From assembly GCA_963664295.1 (NCBI GenBank), contig OY760935.1:704001-768000 (forward strand): a stretch of DNA of 64,000 nucleotides, written 5' to 3'. Positions within the stretch are counted from its first letter, which is position 1. Every line of letters begins with the position of its first letter. Below, piece after piece: positions 58,078 through 64,000 of the stretch. The notes beneath the pieces are model-generated. The model did no database searches. It had not been told where the DNA came from and worked only from the letters and a program-made list of their open reading frames with translations. Origin of the DNA: Candidatus Altimarinota bacterium. Its GTDB lineage: Bacteria > Patescibacteriota > Gracilibacteria > CAIRYL01 > GCA-016699755. The translations under genes and the position numbers were made by a program.

Positions 58078-60330
58078 CTAAATCCTCTCGTGAAAAGTAC
58101 GAGAAATCACCTCTTTTTGTTGTTCACGAGTCAAAGTCACAAACCGCACCGCATAACCAGAAACACGAATAGTAAGTTGCGGATATTTTTCCGGATGATC
58201 CATAGCATCTTGCAAAAGATCACGCTTAAGCACATTTACATTCAAATGATGACCACCCTTAAGAAAATAACCATCCAAAAGCGCCTTGAGATTATCAATT
58301 CTTTGCTCATCGGTCTTACCCAAAGACGCAGGCACAATTGAAAAAGTATTAGAAATACCATCCAAACAGTCATCATAAGAAATTTTAGCCACAGAATTCA
58401 AAGAAGCCACAGCACCATTTGTGTCTCGATTGTGCATTGGATTAGCACCAGGAGCAAAAGGCGCACCCGCCTCCCTGCCATCTGGAGTTGCCCCAGTATG
58501 ATGACCATAAACCACATTAGCAGTAATAGTTAAAATACTAAGAGTGTGCTCAGCATTACGATAAGTTTTATGCTCTTTTAAGCATTTAATAAACTCATGC
58601 ACCACTTCTTTAGCAATATCATCAACCCGATCATCATCATTACCAAATTTTGGAAAATCACCCTCAATCTCAAAACTTTTTGCCACACCATTTTCATCTC
58701 GCACAGCTTTTACTTTTGCATATTTAATAGCAGACAAGCTATCAGCAACAACCGAAAAACCAGCAATTCCAAAAGCCATAAATCGCTTTACGTCACTATC
58801 ATGAAGTGCCATTTGGCTATTTTCATAGTGATATTTGTCATGCATATAATGGATCAAGTTCATGGTTTTGACATATTTTTCTGCCAACCATTTCATATTT
58901 TCAAAAAACACCTTTTTCACCTCGTCATAATCAAGTTTTTCTTTATTTTTTAATTCTGGTGCGTTATCACGAATTGGCGAATTATCCAGCTCATCTTTGC
59001 CCTCATTAATACTCATTAAAAGCAATTTTGCCAAATTACAACGAGCACCAAAAAATTGCATCTCCTTGCCTACCGCCATAGCAGAAACACAACAAGCAAT
59101 TGCATAGTCATCACCAAAACGAGGACGCATCAATTCATCACTCTCAAACTGAATTGCACAGGTTGTGCTAGCTATTTTAGAAGAAAATTTCTTAAAACCA
59201 TCTGGCAAATCTTGCGACCAAGCCACAGTAAGATTTGGTTCTGGTGCAGGCCCAAGACTATTAAGAGTGTGCAACAACCTAAAAGAAGTTTTTGTCACCA
59301 AAGTTCGCCCATCAAGCCCCTGTCCACCAAGCAAGCAAGTGACCCAAGTAGGATCACCAGCAAAAAGCTCATCATATTCAGGTACGCGTAAGTGACGAGC
59401 TAATCTCAATTTCACTACAAAATCATCTATAATTTCCTGCACCTTTTCTTCAGTCAAAACTCCTTTTTTGACATCTCGCTCAGCATAAATATCCAAAAAT
59501 GCATCAATACGCCCAAAGCTCATTGCCGCGCCATCTTGTTCTTTGATAGCCGATAAATATCCAAAATAAGTCCATTGCACAGCCTCCTGAAAATTATCCG
59601 CAGGCTTTGAAATATCAAATCCATATCCCTCCGCCATAATTTTCATGTCTTTTAAGGCTTTAATCTGCATATTTATCTCTTCTCGAGCATGAATATCATC
59701 ACCAGTCATTTCATTAAAATTCTCATTCATATAAATAATTTTGTCCTCAATAAGCCGATCAATACCATACAAAGCCACTCTACGATAATCACCAATAATA
59801 CGACCACGCCCATAATTATCTGGCAAGCCAGTGATAATGCCTTTTTTTCTTAATAATTGTCCATCTGGAGCATGAAAATCGTCCCAAGTTTTATAAACAC
59901 TAAAAACCGCATCATTATGCGTTGTTCTATATTTTGTAAAAATTTCTTCAATTTCTGGATCAAGATGATAACCATATGCCTCGGAAGCACGCTCAACCAA
60001 ACGCACACCACCATTTGGTTTTATTCCTCTTTTTAATGGCTCGTCAGTTTGCACGCCAAAAATTAACTCGTTTTCTTTGTCGATATAACCTGGCTTATGA
60101 CTAGTAATTGTTGATGGTGTTTTTATATCAATATCCAAAACTCCACCTTTTTCTTGTTCTTTTTTTAATAAACGCAAAATTTTCTGCCAAATTTTTTGGG
60201 TTCGTTCAGTAGGACAAGCCAAAAACTGATCATCGCCCTCATAAGGCAGATAATTTTGTTGAATAAAATCACGCACATTAATTTCCTTTTGCCAATCGCC
60301 TCCTTTAAATTCTGTGTGTATCTTTGACAT
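58078..60330 (-). CDS. pflB: pyruvate formate-lyase (formate acetyltransferase)
   Basis: [22 protein letters not shown] catalytic cysteines and [13 protein letters not shown] glycyl-radical motif. Confidence 0.97.
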   Translation of the reverse strand: MSKIHTEFKGGDWQKEINVRDFIQQNYLPYEGDDQFLACPTERTQKIWQKILRLLKKEQEKGGVLDIDIKTPSTITSHKPGYIDKENELIFGVQTDEPLKRGIKPNGGVRLVERASEAYGYHLDPEIEEIFTKYRTTHNDAVFSVYKTWDDFHAPDGQLLRKKGIITGLPDNYGRGRIIGDYRRVALYGIDRLIEDKIIYMNENFNEMTGDDIHAREEINMQIKALKDMKIMAEGYGFDISKPADNFQEAVQWTYFGYLSAIKEQDGAAMSFGRIDAFLDIYAERDVKKGVLTEEKVQEIIDDFVVKLRLARHLRVPEYDELFAGDPTWVTCLLGGQGLDGRTLVTKTSFRLLHTLNSLGPAPEPNLTVAWSQDLPDGFKKFSSKIASTTCAIQFESDELMRPRFGDDYAIACCVSAMAVGKEMQFFGARCNLAKLLLMSINEGKDELDNSPIRDNAPELKNKEKLDYDEVKKVFFENMKWLAEKYVKTMNLIHYMHDKYHYENSQMALHDSDVKRFMAFGIAGFSVVADSLSAIKYAKVKAVRDENGVAKSFEIEGDFPKFGNDDDRVDDIAKEVVHEFIKCLKEHKTYRNAEHTLSILTITANVVYGHHTGATPDGREAGAPFAPGANPMHNRDTNGAVASLNSVAKISYDDCLDGISNTFSIVPASLGKTDEQRIDNLKALLDGYFLKGGHHLNVNVLKRDLLQDAMDHPEKYPQLTIRVSGYAVRFVTLTREQQKEVISRTFHERI

Positions 60331-60386
60331 AATGATTAAAAAATATCTTTAAAGAGAATAAAGAAAAGCAAATTAAAAAGCAAAGC

Positions 60387-61571
60387 CTAGTCTTCCTCTT
60401 TCACCGTAATCATTTCTGCCATTTTCTTCGCTTTTTCTCTGGCTTTTTCCACAGTATCCGCATAAGCCAAACAAACTCCCATTCTGCGACCTGGTCTTGT
60501 AAATGGCTTACCAAAAAGACGAACCTTACTGTCTGGCATTTTCATAGCTTCTTCCACTCCTTCAAAACTAATTTTATTTTTTGAATTCTTTCCACTCAAA
60601 ACAACATAACTAGCACTTGGTCGTGCTGGCTTAATTTCATTTATCGATAAGCCTAAAATAGCACGAACATGAAGCTCAAACTGACTCATATCCTGAGAAA
60701 TCATAGTCACCATACCAGTATCATGCGGTCTTGGAGAAATTTCAGAAAAATAAACCTCCTCACCTTTTATAAAAAGCTCACAACCAAAAATCCCATATCC
60801 ACCAAGCTCATCAACAACTTTTCTGCCAATATCATGGCATTTTTCAACAACTTGAGGCGAATATTGCTGTGGTTGCCATGATTCATGATAATCACCACCA
60901 ACTTGCCTATGCCCAACAGGATCACAAAAATAAACTCCTTCCCGACTACGCACAGTTAATAAAGTAATTTCACTATCAAAATTAACAAATTCCTCAATAA
61001 TTACTTTTTCTGATTTTCCACGAGAACCTTCAATCGCATATTTCCAGGCTTTTTCAATATCTTCCTCTGTTTTTATTGTGCTTTGACCTTTGCCGGATGA
61101 AGACTGAATTGGCTTAATCACACAAGGAATACCTATTTTTTCAACACCTGCTTTAAATTCTTCTAAATTACTTGCAAATTCATATTTTGCAGTTAATAAG
61201 CCCAGTTCTTCTGAAGCTAATCTGCGAATACCCTCTCTATTCATAGTCAAATTTGTCGCTCTGGCAGTAGGCACAACATTATAACCTTCTTTTTCTAGTT
61301 CTAATAAATAAGCAGTATTAATAGCTTCAACTTCCGGCACAATCCAATCAGGCTGAAATTCCTCCACAAGCGCTTTTAATTGCTCTTCGTTTTGCATATC
61401 TATTGTGCGAGCATGGTGAGCAACCTGCATTGCCGGTGCATTTTCATAATTATCCACAGCAATTGTTTCCACACCAAAACGCTGTGCCTCAATAACAACC
61501 TCTTTTCCAAGCTCACCAGAGCCAAGTAAAAGTAATTTTTTTGAGGTTTCTGAATAAGGAGTGCCGAGCAT
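60387..61571 (-). CDS. purT: formate-dependent phosphoribosylglycinamide formyltransferase
   Basis: LLGSGELGKEV, APAMQVAH, MNREGIRRLA, SSSGKGQS, SPRPHDTG and RRMGV. Confidence 0.96.
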   Translation of the reverse strand: MLGTPYSETSKKLLLLGSGELGKEVVIEAQRFGVETIAVDNYENAPAMQVAHHARTIDMQNEEQLKALVEEFQPDWIVPEVEAINTAYLLELEKEGYNVVPTARATNLTMNREGIRRLASEELGLLTAKYEFASNLEEFKAGVEKIGIPCVIKPIQSSSGKGQSTIKTEEDIEKAWKYAIEGSRGKSEKVIIEEFVNFDSEITLLTVRSREGVYFCDPVGHRQVGGDYHESWQPQQYSPQVVEKCHDIGRKVVDELGGYGIFGCELFIKGEEVYFSEISPRPHDTGMVTMISQDMSQFELHVRAILGLSINEIKPARPSASYVVLSGKNSKNKISFEGVEEAMKMPDSKVRLFGKPFTRPGRRMGVCLAYADTVEKAREKAKKMAEMITVKEED

Positions 61572-61629
61572 GTTAAGTTAAAAAAGTTGTCCCTATCTTA
61601 AGGAAAACAATTTTTTTGAGCAAGTTTTT

Positions 61630-63825
61630 TTAATTCCCAATTTGATTAAAAATTGAACTAGTAGAACTGCTTTCACCTAAATCAATCCAACAAATTTCCA
61701 TGCCATTATCACCACTAGTCCCATAATCTTGCCAACAAATATCATCATCACCAGGCGCACTTCCGTTGATATCCAAATCAAAACTAACTCTATCACTAGC
61801 TTGAGAACCTTCAATATCAACTTCTATAGTGATTGTATCTCCGCTTGATGAAATGCTTAAAGGAGTAGAAAAATCAATATTAACATTAGAATTACAAAGA
61901 TTAAATCCACTCACAGAACCCAAAAAATTATTAGCCTGATAAACTCCAATTTTTGTTATCTTTAAGCCACTTCCGTCATCATCACTACAAGCAAGATAAG
62001 TATCTTGAATACCTGTAAATTTTGCATTACCAACACCAGAAGAAACTAGATCAAAAGCCAAAATCTCCTGCCTTGTACCATCAAAAACACTCTCTGCCTG
62101 ATCAGAGCTCAAACTAGCACTTACTTTGTTATTAAAAACATAGATATTATTAACATCATTATCACCAAACAAATCAGAGCAAGAATAATCAGCGCTAGAG
62201 GTAGCACCATCAATATCACACAAGCTATTGTCAGTCGGAAAACCTATTACAAAAGCCATACCTGAACGAGCAATATCAACTTCACTAATTTGATTTACAG
62301 AAACATAAAGCAATAAACTCATATCTTTTTTCCTTTCAATAACAAAATCAAGATTATCAAAAGTAATCAAGTTATTAACAACTGACTCAGTTTCAGCAAC
62401 AGAGCCATTTTTTGTCAAAACAGGAGTATTATCCGCATAATACAAACTGGCAGACTTAATAGCATTAAAATCATCAGAAATATCTAGATCAGAGCCATTA
62501 TAAACACCAGCAGTATCAAGCTCATCAACTATCAAAGTTATTTTATTAACATTCAAAGACTCAATATTTCCCACTAAATCAACAGAAGCCACAAAAATAT
62601 CTTCTTCACCGCCTAAAACAATTTTTGAGGCAGGTGATTCAACCATTCTATACCTATCAGATGCATAATCACTAGTATCTAAACAATATTTAGAGCCATC
62701 AATAGAACTAAGCTCAAAATTAAGCATATCCGCAGAACCATCAAAGCCAACACCATCAGGACTTAAAGAAAAATAAATACACTTTTTTTCTGCAGAAGAA
62801 AGGTGTTCACCGGCAACAAAATCCGCACGAAGAATTAAGTCAACACTTGTACCCGCCACCACATCAATTCCCTGCTCAAACTCAAAATAAACCTGATTAT
62901 TCTCCAAGCGCACACCACTTTTCACCAAACCTATCTTGCCAGCAACAATTTTATATAAAGAAAAATCTTCAACACTGCGAAAACCTCCATTGGTATCCTG
63001 AACCTCAAACAAAAAACTATTCACCACAAAATCTCTTTCTTCCGCAACAAGACTAGCTTTCCAGATTTCCAATTCGTTTTGCGGATCAGAAAGAATAATC
63101 TCTGACGCCTTTTCACCCTGCAAAACTTTTAATTTCTCATCTTTCAAAATGATAACATTATCGTCATTAGTGCCATTATCACCATTATCTTGACCTAAAA
63201 ATTCATTTTTCAGCTCATTAGTGAATTTCTGATTATTATTAGCTTGCACAACAATAAGCCTAAAAATATTTTCCGCCACTCCTTTCCTTTTAATTTTGTC
63301 TCCAGGATAGAAAAAATCACCACTTTCCTCTAAAAGCCCCAATTCCTCCGCCCGCACAACATAAGGAGCAAACCACTGATCACCAGAAACATCATCAAAA
63401 GCAGACTCATCATCACTAACACCAACATTATTAACCTCCAAAATCATTTTAATTGCCTCCACTTTAGAAACATAATCAGCAGGACGAAAATAGCCGTCAG
63501 AATAACCATTCACCCAACCCTGATTCTTCGCATAACAAACATAAGGAGCAAACCACTCAATGCCAACATCAGGAAAACAATCTTTATAATTATCAACACT
63601 AGGTGAAACACCCTTTGCTTCTAGTAAAATTTTCAATAACTCAGCCCGATTGATATTATTGTCAGGCTTAAAAGTGCCATCACTATAACCATTGATCACA
63701 TTTTGCTCCTGCAAATAATCAATCGCATCTTTATTTTTATCATCAGAAGCAAGATCAGAAAAATCCGCACTCACCAAAGGCAAAAAAAGTGCAAAAGCAA
63801 TTAAAAAAAATAATTTTTGTTTCAT
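61630..63825 (-). CDS. S-layer homology (SLH) domain surface protein
   Basis: Signal peptide; INGYSDGTFKPDNNINRAELLK, FPDV..WFAPYV and GYSDGYFRP SLH repeats. Confidence 0.9.
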   Translation of the reverse strand: MKQKLFFLIAFALFLPLVSADFSDLASDDKNKDAIDYLQEQNVINGYSDGTFKPDNNINRAELLKILLEAKGVSPSVDNYKDCFPDVGIEWFAPYVCYAKNQGWVNGYSDGYFRPADYVSKVEAIKMILEVNNVGVSDDESAFDDVSGDQWFAPYVVRAEELGLLEESGDFFYPGDKIKRKGVAENIFRLIVVQANNNQKFTNELKNEFLGQDNGDNGTNDDNVIILKDEKLKVLQGEKASEIILSDPQNELEIWKASLVAEERDFVVNSFLFEVQDTNGGFRSVEDFSLYKIVAGKIGLVKSGVRLENNQVYFEFEQGIDVVAGTSVDLILRADFVAGEHLSSAEKKCIYFSLSPDGVGFDGSADMLNFELSSIDGSKYCLDTSDYASDRYRMVESPASKIVLGGEEDIFVASVDLVGNIESLNVNKITLIVDELDTAGVYNGSDLDISDDFNAIKSASLYYADNTPVLTKNGSVAETESVVNNLITFDNLDFVIERKKDMSLLLYVSVNQISEVDIARSGMAFVIGFPTDNSLCDIDGATSSADYSCSDLFGDNDVNNIYVFNNKVSASLSSDQAESVFDGTRQEILAFDLVSSGVGNAKFTGIQDTYLACSDDDGSGLKITKIGVYQANNFLGSVSGFNLCNSNVNIDFSTPLSISSSGDTITIEVDIEGSQASDRVSFDLDINGSAPGDDDICWQDYGTSGDNGMEICWIDLGESSSTSSIFNQIGN

Positions 63826-63840
63826 ATTTTAAAAATAAAA

Positions 63841-64000
63841 TTACTCCTTAGTCACAATTCCATTAGCAATTTTAGCAATTCTCCATTCCTCATTCTCTTG
63901 CTCAAGAGTAAACAACAAAAAATTAAGCCCCTCTTCATGCCAACGAAAAGCTTTAGCACCTTCTTTTAAGGTAATTAAAAGCGCAACCTGATAAGCACTT
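63841..64000 (-). CDS. 3' end of a hypothetical protein (starts beyond the window)
   Basis: Open frame ...SAYQVALLITLKEGAKAFRWHEEGLNFLLFTLEQENEEWRIAKIANGIVTKE*. Confidence 0.55.
   Translation of the reverse strand, partial: SAYQVALLITLKEGAKAFRWHEEGLNFLLFTLEQENEEWRIAKIANGIVTKE

Noticed and set aside
1-64000. Genetic code 25 (UGA=Gly) as in Gracilibacteria BD1-5/Absconditabacteria
   Set aside because: Conserved genes are full length in code 11, and TGA serves as stop at natural ends (recA/def and holin/amidase ATGA overlaps, MATE).

Overview
AT-rich bacterial chromosome segment read in standard code 11 (TGA is used as stop). It is most likely a Patescibacteria/CPR organism, Peregrinibacteria-like. 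This is an inference from the CPR-style VirD4/TraD-like ATPase, sortase, SLH protein, M23 peptidases, long tmRNA tag and scarcity of Shine-Dalgarno motifs. Most of the window is housekeeping and metabolic genes (purC, tpiA, ispG, mtaB, greA, rpoD, dnaG, uppS, ilvD, cimA, fba, aroE, recA, def, pflB, purT), plus tmRNA and an ECF sigma/anti-sigma module with two matching promoters. The main finding is an ~11.5 kb minus-strand podovirus-like virion cluster (14552-26044) inserted between a MATE gene and uppS. It encodes portal, scaffold, major capsid, an RcGTA-type head-spike base, a LamG protein, lysis genes, adaptor and nozzle. It has no recognisable terminase, integrase, repressor or replication gene, and it carries three host sigma70-type promoters. 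Between portal and scaffold sits an Ntox44-like polymorphic toxin followed by two paralogous membrane proteins. The cluster is a candidate domesticated GTA-like or toxin-carrying particle. A second candidate is a promoter-led, ORF-free ~700 nt repeat-plus-structured RNA locus (52384-53097). Five clusters of a modular TGTCAT-based REP-like palindromic repeat family are also present. All family assignments come from motif recognition by eye; no searches were run.
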